Source of the DNA: Emiliania huxleyi CCMP1516
Lineage: Eukaryota
Direction: 5' to 3'
Length of the DNA stretch: 64,000 nucleotides
Assembly: GCF_000372725.1 (NCBI RefSeq)
Contig: NW_005202428.1
Location: 2,283,791-2,347,790 of the forward strand
Position numbers and translations under genes: made by a program. A model generated the notes under the pieces. The model had not been told where the DNA came from and searched no databases. It saw nothing but the letters and a program-made list of their open reading frames with translations. Below are positions 35,324 to 48,278 of this stretch, in pieces. Positions within the stretch are counted from its first letter, which is position 1, and the number at the start of each line of letters is the position of its first letter.

Positions 35324-36298
35324 CGGGCCCGCGGCGCCACCGCCGCCGTGCTTCAGTCGGCAGACTCGCGTTCCCTCGATACTCGTGTAACTATCCCGGG
35401 CGTAGCCACGCTCGTCGTGTGGGGGCGACCGTTGGTGCTGTGGAGGTGGGCGCAAGCTCTGTCGGTGCTCCGGGGCTGCATGCGCAAGCCAACGGCTACG
35501 CCTACGGTTCCCCCCTGCTGTGTCTCGGAGAGCAATGCTGAGAGGCGGCAGGCAGGCAGGGGGGTTGGGACCTCTTGCCTGCGGATGTATCGGCACACGC
35601 GCTGCCCTCCATGTCTTTTGTCCTGTGCAATAAGCATATTATCTGATCCGAGCGGCGACGCGCAAACTTCCTCTCCCCCCACACACGTTTTATATATCAC
35701 AGTTCGCGCACACACGACACGACGCGCGCGAACCGCAAAAAGTTTTCTTGCGATATTTTACCCTCGTGTGCGTCCTGTGCGTGTCTGCGTGTGCGTCAGG
35801 GAGTCGGCCGGCGCTCGAGCGACGGCCGCCGAGCTTTAGGTCGACATACACAGCGAATATTGTGTGCACACCGAACGCATATGCTACTGTAATGAGGGGG
35901 GGTCCGACCCCCCACGACGTTATGGAACATGCTCCCCATCGCGGGGGGAGCAAGAGATGATCTCGGAGAGGGAACGCGAACCTTCCTCGAGCTTTGAGGG
36001 GAGCGAGGAGGATCAGAGGGAGCGAAGGAAAAACCTTCCATATTGATTGTGCTGCGTGTGGGGTCGTGGGGTGTGGTCGTGAGACTGTGAAAGAGCAAGA
36101 AAACGGGATTACTTCGTATACTCTTTTCGTGCTTTGACCGTGTAAATGGAACCAGGGAATCCCCGCGAACGCGTGTGCTCCAGCCGGTTGCCATCGCTAG
36201 CTGCCTGTTCGGCTCGCAATCGCCGTTCACTCACTGGGCTGTTGCTTCATTCACGGACCTATCCTTGTGGGTCGAGAGCCCACAGATAGGTCCTCAAA

Positions 36299-36370
36299 GC
36301 AGGTCAAAACCCCTCGGTGTAAGAGCTCTAGGGGCATGCAGGTCAAAACCCCTCGGTGTAAGAGCTCTAG
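36299..36370. repeat. 39-bp-period tandem duplication
   Basis: gcaggtcaaaacccctcggtgtaagagctctag occurs twice. Confidence 0.9.
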
Positions 36371-36814
36371 AGGGGCATGTGTGTTCTCACAAGTCCTTTT
36401 TCACGGTACAATTTTGGCAGGCCGGGTGTATGCTACTGCAGGGGGGGTGGGGGGTGAGAGGGGGGGGTGGGGAGTGGGGCAGCCCCTTGGAGTGTGAAGG
36501 CTTCTCGTAGCCCTCCGGTCTACTATGAAGACCCGTGCAGGGCGGCTGGAATGAAAAGGTAGGCAATGTCGGCCACTTCTGTCAGGTCAGCTGCTACCTC
36601 TTTATCGTGCAGAAGGTCGAGCTGTGGGATGAGTTTTGCAGAAAGCTAAGGGGCCGGACGGCGGCGGTAGAGGCAGGGACTGCGGCTAGGAGTACCGCGT
36701 CTGGGGTCAGTGCCAAGCTCAGCGAGAATGAACTCGTTTGAAAGACCGCGGCATCGAGCGTCGACCGTCGTCCGTTCCGTATGGGTTTCAGCATTTGTCA
36801 GGCTTTAGTGTAGT

Positions 36815-36816
36815 GC

Positions 36817-36906
<90 letters not shown>

Positions 36907-37060
36907 AACACCACCACCACTACCACCACCACCACCACACCACCACCACCACCACCACCACCACCACCACCACCACCACACACACACACCACCACCACCA
37001 CCACCACCACCACCACCACACACACACACCACCACCACCACCACCACCACCACCACCACA
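36815..37060. repeat. Compound microsatellite (CA)n/(CCA)n
   Basis: Directly visible. Confidence 0.97.
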
Positions 37061-37638
37061 TACCACAAGAATCTACTGTGTTGGTTGTTTTCACAAATAT
37101 CTCTCTCACCACCAAGAGTGCAAGAGAGGATTCCAACTAAATAGTTTACACCGCTCACGAGACACGACCCTCCGCGCGGCGCTGGCGCGGCGGTCTCCCC
37201 GTGGAGCTGTGCCATATTAGACATTTTGGGAAGATTTACAGATTCCTTGGAATCTGCTTTCTTCACAGATCACTCGGCGAGCGGTTACTCGGAATCGAAC
37301 AAACTTTTCGATTACTCGCAACTCGGACACTCACAACAAAATTCCGCGCTGCGCGCAGAGATTACTCGGCTCACCTGCTTACCCTATCCTTCACTTGAAC
37401 AGTGTGTGTGTGTGAGTGTGAACACTTTCTTTCAGCTTACTCGGATCCGCCCGTCGCGATCTTAGCTTTCACGAAGACACAGGCCCTACGAAGTACGAAC
37501 CCTCGAACGAACGAGCAGCACACCATGATCTACGCGTCGGCCGCCTCCCGCTCCCGTCAGCCGTCGGTCGTCGCGCGCAGGTAGCGAGATGGGAAAGCGT
37601 GACGGGTGTAGACGCGGCGTTGGGTCCCATGTGGTGGT

Positions 37639-40600
37639 TCACAGCTTATGCGCCTCTTGCTCGTGCTTTGCAATCTTGGCGCGAGCCTTTTGAATCGACG
37701 CCGCCGCCGCACTGGGCGTCGAAGCGGTGGTAGTACCGGCGGCGGCGGCGTGCGCGCGCGCAGGTGTCACGGGGATGTTGTATCTCTTCTTCATCTCGTC
37801 GAGCCTGGCGAGCGCAGAAGCGATCACAGTCGGACCGCCCGCGGCCTCCGTGGCGTCGGCGGCGGCATCGTTGCTGAGGAGCTGGCGGCGCGCCGACCCG
37901 CCCGGCGTGGCGGGTGCCGAAGGCTTGCGCGGCGTGCCCTTGTCGGACGGCCGGACTGGCGTCGCTGCGCGGGAGGATGTGCGCCGGCTCGGCGGAGGCG
38001 AAGCCGCTCCTGCAGCCTCCGGCTTGGCAAGGGAGCGCGGCGTGGCGGAGGAGCGGCCCGGTGTCCGGAGGACGGCGCTCAGCGAGGAGGGCGTCATCGC
38101 GCTCGCGCGCGAGCGGGGGCGGGCCGGCGACGGCGGTGGCATGCCGAGGTGGGCGTGGACCTGCACGAGCAGCGGCGCGAAGGAGGCGGGCACCTTCGCC
38201 CTCCGCGGCGTGCGAGTCGCGCCCCCGCGAACCTCGCCGTGCAGGCAGCCGAGCACCTCGGCGCTGCGCACCTCCACGATTGCAGCGAGCGTTGCGTCCG
38301 AGGACGCGCGGATCTGCGCGAGCAGCTCGGTCGGCGCGTCGCGCTCGGCCGCGGTGATAGTCGCTCGGAGGGAGGCGAGGGCGTGCACCACAGGCGGCAG
38401 GTCGATCTGGCGCGCCATCTCGCCTGCGGGGACGCGTCCAGGACGTGAGTACGGGGTGGAGGCAAGCCGACCCGACGCGCCATCCGTCTCGCCGAGCGTC
38501 TTGTTGAGCTTGGCGAGGCACTTGAGGACCAGGGCGGACAGCTCGCGCTGCGAGGGGAGCGCCGCCTTCTCACCGAGCAACTGCAGCAGCGCACAGAGGG
38601 TCGGCCCGCGCGGAGAGTGCTGCAGCAGCCTCAACATGATGAAGTTGAGCGACTCGAGCAGGTGTTGCGCCGTCTGAGGCGCGCGCGCACCGGGGTTGGG
38701 TGGACGGGTGGACGGTTGGACGGGTGGACGGGTGGACGGGTGGACGGGTGGGTGGGTGGGGGGGGGGGTCAGGGCAGCGGCGGCGGCATCAGCAGCGGTG
38801 GCGGCGAGTAGGTCAGCGGAGAGCGGCGATGGTGCGGGCGGAGGCGAGGACGGTGGCAGCAAGGGAGGGGAGCCTCCGAGCCGAAGTCGGCGAGGCACGG
38901 GTCGAGGAGCCGCTCAAGCAGCTCGAGCACGAGCAGGCGGATCTGCGGCTGTTCGAGCGAGCCCACGAGCCGCACGCAGCCGAGGAGGTCGATGAGCAGC
39001 TGGAGAGACTTCTTGCACTGCGGCAACGCGGACGGCGCGCGCAGCGCGGAGCGCAGCCGCAGGCAGAGCGCCTCGCAGAGCGGTGGCAGCACGTCGGCCA
39101 CCGCCTCGGGGGACGACTCCACCGCCTTGGAGAGGGCGGTGAGCGCATGGAGGACGTCCGGCTCGGCGGACCGCTGAGAGCCAACCTAAGAGAACAGAGG
39201 GGGCAAGGGGGCTCGCAAGGTGGAGGGTGAAGTGAGGTGCGAGCACGCGCGCGGGCAGGGAGGGGGCAGGGAGCGGGCAGGGAGGGGGGGGGGAGGGGGG
39301 GGTACGGGGTGTGTGCACCGTCGACACGTCGTCGGCGAGGCCCTTGCGCGCCGCCGACTTGCGGGGCGTGTGCGCGCTCGAGCTGGCGGCCGCCCTGCCT
39401 CCCAACGGCGCAGACTCGACGGCCCTGCTGCTCGCCGCCGCCGCCTCGGTGGGGCGAGACGTCGGAGGGGGCCTGGCCCGTCCCCCCTCGCAAACCGGCG
39501 CGGCTCGCTCGGCCGCTGCCGCAGGCGGCCGCATGGGGCGCGGTGCAGGGGCGCGCGCCTCTGCGTCCGCGGCCTCTGCGGCGGGCGGCGCTGCGACGGG
39601 CGGTGCTACCGCGGGAGCGGCTTGAGGCGCGGCAGGCGACGCGGCGGGCGGCGGCGCGGCCGTGGCCGAGGTAGCCGCGGCCGCGCGCAGCTGCGCCGCA
39701 CTCTTGTAGGCCGGCAGCGCGCCGAACGTGGAGGAACGCGCGAGGCCCGGCCTGGTCGCGGCTCGGCCGGACGCATCCTCGGACACGTCCTTCCGACCGG
39801 CCGCCGCGGCGGCACGCAACGGCTTTGGCGCGAGAGAAACGGCCCTCGCGGGTGGCCCTTGTCCCCTCGCGGGTGGCGGGAGCGGCGCGGCGGGCTCGCC
39901 GGCAGGGGCGGGCGACGCGGTCTTGCGGCAGAGCTTGGCCACAGCGGGGCGCAACTTTTTGGCGGTGGCGGTGTCGAGCTCGCCGAGCTGCGCCTCGACC
40001 TACGCAGTGGCAACGAGGCGGGCGGGGTGTGGGGGGGGTGCCGCCCGGCGGCGTGTCCGGTCTTGGGCCGCGCGTGCACGTCGTCCCCGGCGAGGAGCTT
40101 CGCGGAGAGGAGCGCCTCGAGCGCCGCCGCCGCCGCGGCACGCACGTCGGGAGTGCGGTCGTCGAGGTTGCGCAGGAGAGGGGGTAGGAGAGGGCGCACC
40201 TCACAGGCGTGGCGTGCGGACAGGTCACCGGCACGGCGTGGCGTGCCGTGGCGGAGGCGGCGCGGTGCGGTGCGGGCGCCACGGTGAGGGGCACACAAGG
40301 CATTGGGCTGGCTGGGCCCAGCGGTGTGAGGGAGAGACTGGAACTGTCTCGGAGGTGTCTCCGCGCCTCGGCGGCGCCGTCGAGCTGCGCCGTGTGCGTG
40401 CAGAGCCAGCGGAGCGCGGAGGCGCGCCCCGCGGGGGCCTCCATGCCCAGAGCGGTGGGTAGCAGGGGCAGCATCGGCTCAAACGACACCTCTGCCACCC
40501 ACCTCTCGAGCGCAGCCATCGCCGCCTCGCGAATGGCCGCCTGAGCGCGAGGGGTGAGGGTAGGATTCTCCACACGCCAGTGTGGGGCAGGCGCCAGGTC

Positions 40601-43600
40601 CCCGCATCTCCACGCCCGAAGGTAGGCGCACAACCCAACGGCATGGGAAGTGCGAGGCCCGGTGCGCGCGGTGCCTTGCCGTCGCCGAGGGCGACCGCCA
40701 CCGCCGGCAGCGTCGTCCGGACGTGAGGCCGCACCGCCTTGCCGACGCCAGTCCCGACCGCGCCGATGGCGTTGAGCGCACCGATGGCGAGGACCTGCTG
40801 CTTGTCAGCGACGCGCGGGGCGAGCGCCTCAAGCAGCGGCCCGACGACCTACGCGCCCGGCAACGCCTCTCATCCCGGCCACTCTCAGCCACTACTCGGC
40901 GACTCACGGACCGGCCCGAGGCGAGGCGACTCGCTCAGCGCGGCGGCGACCACGTCGAGCGCCTCCTTGCGCTCCTTCCACGCGCCCGAGCGCAGCTTCG
41001 CGATCGTGTCGGCCTTCACCTTGTCTCGGAGCAAATCGACGCGGGGAATCAGCTCATCGACTGCCGCGCCGCCGCCGCCATGGCCGCCGCCACCGCCGCC
41101 ACCGTCGGGTGCGCCGCCACCGCCGCACGAGGCGGAGTGCTTGAAGAAGCGCGAGGCGGCGGGCGGCGCCGGCGCACCGCTCAACTTGGCCGCATCGGCG
41201 GCGAGCTGCTTGCGCGTCACCTGCCATAGAGAGGCGGAGCTGGGAGCGGGAGTGGACACGTCATGGACGGCGTCGTCTGCATGGCGAGGGCGGGTCGTGG
41301 GCTGGTGGTGGGCGGGTCACCTCGCGCACGTCGGCGAGGAGGGGTGACTGGAGGAGGGCGGGGCCGACAGCGGCGCACAGCGCGACCACCAGCTTGTGCG
41401 CCGCCTCGCGCACCGACGCATCGCGCGAGTCGAAGGCAGGGATCTGCACAGCGGGGAGATCTCGGCTGAGTCTGGGGCAAGCCTCTTGCTTTCGCGCGAG
41501 AACAAGCGGCGACCGCGAAGCTCACGGCGGCGGAAGCGGAGAGGGCGGGCGTGGAGAAGGCCGCGAGGATGGCGGTGGCGGCGGCGAGGGACTCGCCGAA
41601 GACCTTCGGGTTCTTGTGCGACGGAGCGACCGCCTGCAGTGTGGAGTCACCCATCATACCACTGTATGATGACTGTGGAGTCACCAGCTCCAAACAGGCG
41701 CACGCACTGCACTCGGCGTCTGGTGTGAGAGTGCTACCGGCTACACATGCAGGGGTATGAGTTCACCTGCAGCTGCGCGAGCACCCAACTCGGCCCGCAC
41801 GCCTCGCTCAGGCAGAGCAGCGCCTGCGTCGCCGCGGGCTTCGCCTTCTTCGCCGCCAGCTTCTCCGCCGCCAGCCCGACGACGCGAGCGGCCGAGCGGC
41901 GCGCCACGAGCGGCGCGGCGGCCGCGACCGCCGCGACCGCCTCGAGGGCGCGCGCGGCGACCTGCTCGTTCTTCTCCTTGGCGAGGAGCGCGCCGAGCTG
42001 CCAGAGCAGCAGCTCCGCGCGCAGCGGCGAGAGGGCGTCCGCTCCGCCGCCGGCAGCCTGTGCGGCAACCTCGCCCAGAGCCTGCGCGCGCGCCGACCAG
42101 GATGCGTCCGCCATCGCCGACCGCACCGCCGCAGGAGGCAAATCCTCCGACTCGAGGGCGGGCGGCAGGTCGTCGGAGGAGGGCAGGTCGGGCTCGCGCC
42201 ACCGCTCCTCGCCCGCGCCTCCGCCGCCACCGGAGGACGCCTTCTTCCGACGCGGCGCGCCGCCCTTCTTCGCGCCGTCCGCCGCCGCGCCCGAAGAGCG
42301 GCCGCCGCCCACAGAGGGCTGCGACGCCTGACGGGCGGGCGGCCGCACCTGGCTCGGCGCCGTCATCGAGGCTGGCCGCGCCGGTGCCGCCGAGGGCGCC
42401 CTTGCCGGCGCGGCCGCGGGCGCCTTCAAAGACGCCGCCTCGCCTGACGGCCGCTTGGGGGGAGCAGCCGCCGCCGCGCCGCCGCCACTCCCACCGCCGA
42501 GCGCCTTTCCGACGCGCTCGGCTCGCTTGGGCGGCATCTGGCCGAGCCACGCGCCTGCGGCCTCCGAGGGCAGCTTTCGGCCGACGGCCGCCGCAGCCTC
42601 GAGCCCGAGGGCGCGTACCTGGAGGAGGCGAGGGGTGGCCCCGGGGGGTGGTGCGGGATGTGGTGGTGAGGGCTGGGGTACGAGGGGGTCGGCGGTGGTG
42701 CATACACGGCGGCGGTGCGCAGACCTCGGCCGTCGCGTCCTCTTCCAGCAGCTGCAGCGGCGCGTCGAGGGCGTCGAGGGCGCGCCCCACCCCCTCGGCG
42801 TCGGCGGCGGAGACGGCGGCCGCGAGCCATCGCGCGGCGGTCGAGCGGAGCTGCGTGTTTGTGCTCCTGCTCATGGCGGCGAGGGCGAGCTCGGCCGCCT
42901 CGGCCAGCGTGAGGCACGAGCCGGTCGAGAGGGCGGCGAGGCAGCCCCTCACCGCCTCGGCGACGACCGCCTTCTTGTCGGCGCCTTTCTCGAGGAGCGC
43001 CGGCGCAGTCCGCCGCGCAAGCGCGCTAAAGTCGGACCCGAGCAGGCCCGCGAGCAATCCTACCGGCGCCACAGCCTCTCTCTCTGTCTCTCTCTGTCTC
43101 TCTCTGTCTCTCTCTCCCTCTCGCTCTCCCCTCTCTCTCGTCCTCTTCCTCTCGCTCCCTCTGTCGCACCGGTAGCTTTAATGGCGGAGGCGGCGACGTT
43201 GACGTTGGCGTCCTGGTAGAGCCGCTTGAGCGGCCGCAGCACCAGCCCGTGGTCGGCCTAAGTGAGCCCACCAGCCATTCATCACTCCAGAGCCGCCTGA
43301 GGGGCTCTCCCCCGCCAGCACGTGGCCGGCCGGCTTGAGCGAGCTCTGCCCCTCGAGCAGCGACGCGACGAGGTCGGCCGCCGCCTGGAGGGGAGGGGGA
43401 GGGGAGAGGGGGGGAAGGAGCGAACAGGTGGGGAGGGAGGGCGAGAGAGGGTGTGTATCGGCGGTAGGGAGGAGCGGGTGCGAGCTTCAGAGGGCGTGTG
43501 GTCAGAGGGCGTGGTCGGGTGCGAGTCTGGCCGCGGCGCCTTGCGCTCGGACCACTTGTCGGAGAGGGTCTGCTTCTCCCACGCGTCGGCAGGCTCCTTG

Positions 43601-45002
43601 CTCCCCTTCGACCTCGGCAGCTTGGCCAGCAGGTCGAGGGGAGGCATCGCCACGGGAGGCGCCGCAGCCGCCGCCGCCCCGGCTGGCGCCCCGGCGCCGG
43701 TGTCAGTCGGGTCGGTGGCCGTGGAGGAGGGGTCCGTCTCGAGCGGCGCGCGCGGCTCTGGCAGCGGCGCCTGTGGCGGGAGAGGCGGCGGCGAGGGCAG
43801 TGGCGGCGAGGGCAGTGGCGGCGAGGGCAGTGGCGGNNNNNNNNNNNNNNNNNNNNNNNNNNNNNNNNNNNNNNNNNNNNNNNNNNNNNNNNNNNNNNNN
43901 NNNNNNNNNNNNNNNNNNNNNNNNNNNNNNNNNNNNAGGAGGGGGGGGTTAAGGACGACGATCTCACCGCCCTCCCGGACGGAAAGGAACCCCCCGGTCG
44001 CCCTCCTTTTGTTGCCGGAAAGGGGCGAAAGCCCTTCCCCCTTGGAGCTTCCCCGAACCCCTCCCCCACCCGTCCACGGCGGTCTGCGCCGGTAGGCGCC
44101 TCTCGCAGCGCGTTGATCCGGTCCTCCGGCGCGCCTTTGAGCTGCGCGAGCACACCTACCGGCGGAGACCGGCGGGGACGGGTGGGGGAGGGGTTCGGGG
44201 AAGCGTGCGAGGCGGATCGGGCCTTCCGCCCCATGCACCGGCCACAAGAGGGTGAGCCGACGGGTGGCACGTGCGTCTCGGGACGGCGTGGAGAGCGGCA
44301 GGTGTGAAGCCGCGCGCCGTCGCCGAGGCAGAGCCGCATTGCGCCGACCAGCGCGGCCGCCTCCTCGCGCACACTCTTGTCGCGGTGCTGCAGCAGGGCG
44401 GGCAGCTGCTTGAGGTGCGGCGACGCGTCGAAGGCGGCCGCGCCACACTCTAGCAGCGCCTCCGCCGACGCCTTGAGCGCCGCCGCACACGTCTTTGGCG
44501 CCTTGCTCCTGACGCCCGCCTCGAGCGCCGACTGCACCGGCTCCGCGCCTCCGCGCCGGAGGAGGGAGAGGAGGGCGGCGATCGCCTTGGGCTGGTACTT
44601 GCCCGGCGCGTGCTTCTCCATCAGCGCCTTTGCCACCGCGCCCGCCGCCGCCCCCACCGCCTCGGCCGGCGCGGCGCGGAGCCACGCTACGGTCGCGTCA
44701 AGCGCACCCTCGTGGCAGAGCGGCGCCCTGTCCGCCAGGAGGCGCGGGATGTGGTCGGCGTGCTCCGCCGCCGCCGCCGCGTCCGGCGGCCCGCTCTCGC
44801 CGCCGAGAATCGCCGCCAGCTCCAGGTACGCGGCCTTGCGGACCGCGGGCGCCGTCGCCACTAGGCGGTTGCTGAGCGGCTTGCCGCTCAGGTCGTCCGA
44901 CTCGGGCTGGGCGTGCTCAGCGACGTTGAAGTCACTCTTGATGGACGAAGGGATGACGTCGTCGAAGCCGTTGGCCGTGGTCACGTCGTTCTCGATCTCC
45001 AT
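37639..45002 (-). CDS. CKAP5: XMAP215/ch-TOG/MOR1-family microtubule polymerase (tandem TOG domains); many introns, spans an N gap
   Basis: TOG starts SDKWSERKA, DASWSARAQAL, SGAWKERKEALD; DANVNVA, LLEKGADKKAVV, HKNPKV, ALGDGKAAIREAA; C-terminal LLESLNFIMLRLL...LVLKCLAKL. Confidence 0.9.
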
Positions 45003-45253
45003 ATATGGCAAGCACACCTCCACCGGTGTATCAAAATGTGCTTCAAGCAGCGCGCGATTGAAAAAATACTTCTCTATTTTTTCTTTTTACGCTCCTTGGG
45101 TTGTCTGTGTTCTTTCTTTCTTTCACGCCTCACGGGATCCACCCTTGCCCGGGGGGCGAGGGAACCCGAGCCTGACATTCGCCCCACATAGCCGGTGAAT
45201 GAAACGAACGCCTCAATCACTGTCTGTCTCCCCTCAACGACTCTCTCCGCACA

Positions 45254-46485
45254 ATGTCGAACGATCCCTCGCAGGGCCTCGAGCAGGACGAGCCGGGCGA
45301 CGACGAGGACCTCGCGCAGGCGTTGATCCTGCGAGGCACCAAGCTGCGGCCGCGGCTCGGGCAGACTCCGGTGAGCGGAGACTCCGCAGCCTTGCCCCTC
45401 CCATATACGGGACTGACACGCCCCACCTTGCATGCGCTGGTGAAGTGGCCGCTGCAATGGCCTGAAACCATGCCCGCTTGTGAAGGCGACGTTTCAGCTC
45501 TCCATCCACCACCTACACCTGTCGGGCGTTGGGCTCGTGGGGGACCTCTCGCTGCTGCGCTGGGCGCCTGGCCTGCAGGTACTATACGTGTACGACAACC
45601 GCCTCTCCTCGCTGCGCGGCCTCGGCTCACTGCCGCGCCTCTCGCACGTGTACGCCTCCAACAACCACTGGTGAGTGCGCAGCCGCTCGCGTTATTTTTT
45701 CGCCAATCCTAGCCAACTCCAAGACTTTATCCGTCACTCGCTCCGAGACGCAAGCACTCAATCTCACCTCGGCTCGCATCCGGTCTCACCGCGCCACGAC
45801 ATGCCCTCGCAGCGAGGAGCTCGGCTTTGAGGCGGGTGCGGCGCTCGAGCACATCAACCTGCACGGCAACAGGATAGGGACGATCACCGGCCTCCAGAAC
45901 GCCAGCGGCCTCGCCCACCTCGACATCGGATCACAGCGCCCAGCGGAGCCGCCCGGTACCTCCTCCTGCCTGCGCATTGACGTCGATTCTCTCTGGGGCA
46001 TCGCCCCGTCACTGCGTTACCTCAATGCGAGCGGCAACTCGCTGGGCGACGACGCACTCGCGCAACTCGTCGCGCTGCAGCACCTACGCGTCCTCGACAT
46101 CTCGGGCAACGAGATTGGCGGCGCGAGCGTGCTAGCGCAGCTCCTCTTCCGCCTCCCGCTCCTCACAGCGTTGCGGCTAAAGGGAAACCCGCTGACCGCA
46201 CGGTCAAAGTGGCGTGAGGCACTTATCATGGCTGGCGTGGGCCTCGAGGAGATTGATGGCAAGCCCATCGCCACCCACGAGAGGGCCTTTCTGCTTCAAC
46301 TCGCCGCTAAGCGCGCCGGGATGCGCCCTCAAGCGACGCCGATGGGGATACCCGCCAGGCCGGCGACGACGCCGGCCGTGCCGTCGCTCATCGGCGAAGC
46401 CCCACCACTCGTCTCGTCGGGCTCCATGCGGTCGCTGCCTACGAGTGCAGGTCCGTTCCGTATGCGAAACGGAGTGCAGCAGTGA
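45254..46485 (+). CDS. PPP1R42: Leucine-rich-repeat protein, PPP1R42/LRRC67-like
   Basis: LQVLYVYDNRL, LEHINLHGNRI, LDIGSQR, SLRYLNASGNSL, LKGNPL...KWREALI...LEEIDGKPI..HERAFL follow the recalled PPP1R42 layout. Confidence 0.75.
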
Positions 46486-46924
46486 CTCACTTGACAAAAT
46501 ATGCGCGCTTGTGGAAACGTGTGCTAGCTCCCGTGCTGTAACCCTATGCCTATCGTGAGCGCAACCTCCGTCTTCGGTGCTTCATGCTTGATCCTTGAAG
46601 CTGTGGAGCACCATCCGAGACGGACGTCTCTCTCTCTCGCTTCGTCCCCTTTTAATCGGTTAGTTCCTAACACCTCGCCTTTCGTAAGCGAGAGCCGAGA
46701 CACCCCAACACGCACAACATACGACGAACGGCCTTGCGAAAGGCACATCAAAATACAAAAAGACATCGTATCGCTCGAGGGCGGGGCGGAGGTCCGCTCT
46801 CGATAGGGACCTCCGCTACTCACTATGAGATTTAATCTCCTCTAAATAAAAGGTAGCTACCTTTTATTTGTGTACTGTCGTCCATAGAAGGCGCGCGGCA
46901 GAGGCGGGAGGGAGGCGGGGAGAT

Positions 46925-47826
46925 CTCTGGGGGGGCGCGGGGGCCCCCGGAGGCACCGTGCGCCGTGCAGCAGTGCGGAAACGGGGCTCCGGCGCTCATA
47001 CTCGCTCATACTACCAACTTCCCGAATGAGTACGGTTAAGTAGAGGGCAGATTTGGAGAGATCTCGAGGAGTACATACAGATAGACCCTCTAACCATCAG
47101 AAAACTCCGACCTGATCGGTCGTACTGACCGCCGACAGATCACTCCAGACAGCAGACAGGCCGACGTCTGCACGCGGCCGGCCGGGCGAGAGGCTTGACA
47201 CGATCCGACCCTGCGAGACCCTGACGCTGCTGCTCTAGCTATCAGCCATGGACTGCTGACTGCTGCCACAATGTGCGACCTGTGCTGGCCCACTTGGCGG
47301 CCTTCCCGGTCAGTGGTGAGGCGCAGTTCAGAGCTGTCGATGGCGCGATGCCGCACTGGTCCCACATTGGTGACACGAGACCACCAAGTTTGCCGGTCCA
47401 AGAGAGAGGCACTGGTGCTGTCCTGAGAAGGTGCGTGGTCCCTCTTGACTGCCCATGCGCGCGAGGCTGTGTAGGCATAGCCTCGAGAGTGCCAGCAGCC
47501 AATCTGAGGCAGTTTGTGACGCGCATTGCGTCAGAAGCGTGCACACGTTGGAAGGACACCTTCCTACTGGCCGTACGATCAGGTCGTCACTGAATGCTTG
47601 ATACTAAGGCCGCGAGCTATGCAGGTGATCAATTGTGCAGCATAGCACGGTCAGCAGCGCCGACAGGCTGTCGCAAGGCGTGATAGCATGGCCGCAAGTA
47701 TGCTGAATTCCCATGAAACAAGTGAAAATCTCGCAAAAGAAGAAAAAAACATGCCAAAAATCGGCGCCTGCAACCCCATCTCCCCCCCGCATGGATACCC
47801 TCTAGGGCCCTCGCGCCCCCCCAGAG
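46925..47826. mobile_element. MITE copy B (same family as 9169-10072), 8-bp TSD GGGGAGAT
   Basis: TIR CTCTGGGGGGGCGCGGGGGCCC / GGGCCCTCGCGCCCCCCCAGAG; TSD at 46917-46924 and 47827-47834. Confidence 0.92.
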
Positions 47827-48278
47827 GGGGAGATTCTAGCTCGCTCTGCCTCTGGTAGAGAGGCAAGGGTTGAGGGTTGTGAAGAGTGACACTTGAAGAG
47901 TGTGTTTGGGTGAGAACAGGCCTGGAAGCTGCTAGCTGGAACACGGAGGACGGGCACGGGGGAGGTGGGTGTGTGTGCTTGTCCGCGAATGGGGGAGGGC
48001 ACTTGTGGCGAGGCTTGGTAGGCGAGTGGCAGTCGCTAGTGCGGACTTGCTCAGTCGTGTGTGCTCCTTTTTGCTTGCTAATACTGGAACATTGTTTTAT
48101 TTGTGTACTGGTTGCGAGACGAGGGAAGGCGGGCAGGACTTTGCGGAGATCAGCAGGACGGGGTGAGAAGAGGAACAGCTCAAGGACCCGAGGGGCCTTC
48201 CTTGCCCCTGCCGGACGCACTAAAAGACCAAAGTTGAGTCCGTGCATGTCTTAATCCTTGGCATCTCGGCATTGGGTA

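Noticed and set aside
36738..37266. His/Thr/Pro- or Val/Cys/Trp-rich ORFs
   Set aside because: Translations of the CA/CCA microsatellite.
43060..43176. Introner transposon with TIRs
   Set aside because: Reading-frame phase places part of the inverted repeat in the exon, and no second copy of the intron body was found in the window.
41741..43219. Many long overlapping ORFs on both strands (also 60777-62774, 13024-14499)
   Set aside because: Shadow ORFs expected from very high GC; Arg/Pro/Gly-rich with no domain motifs.
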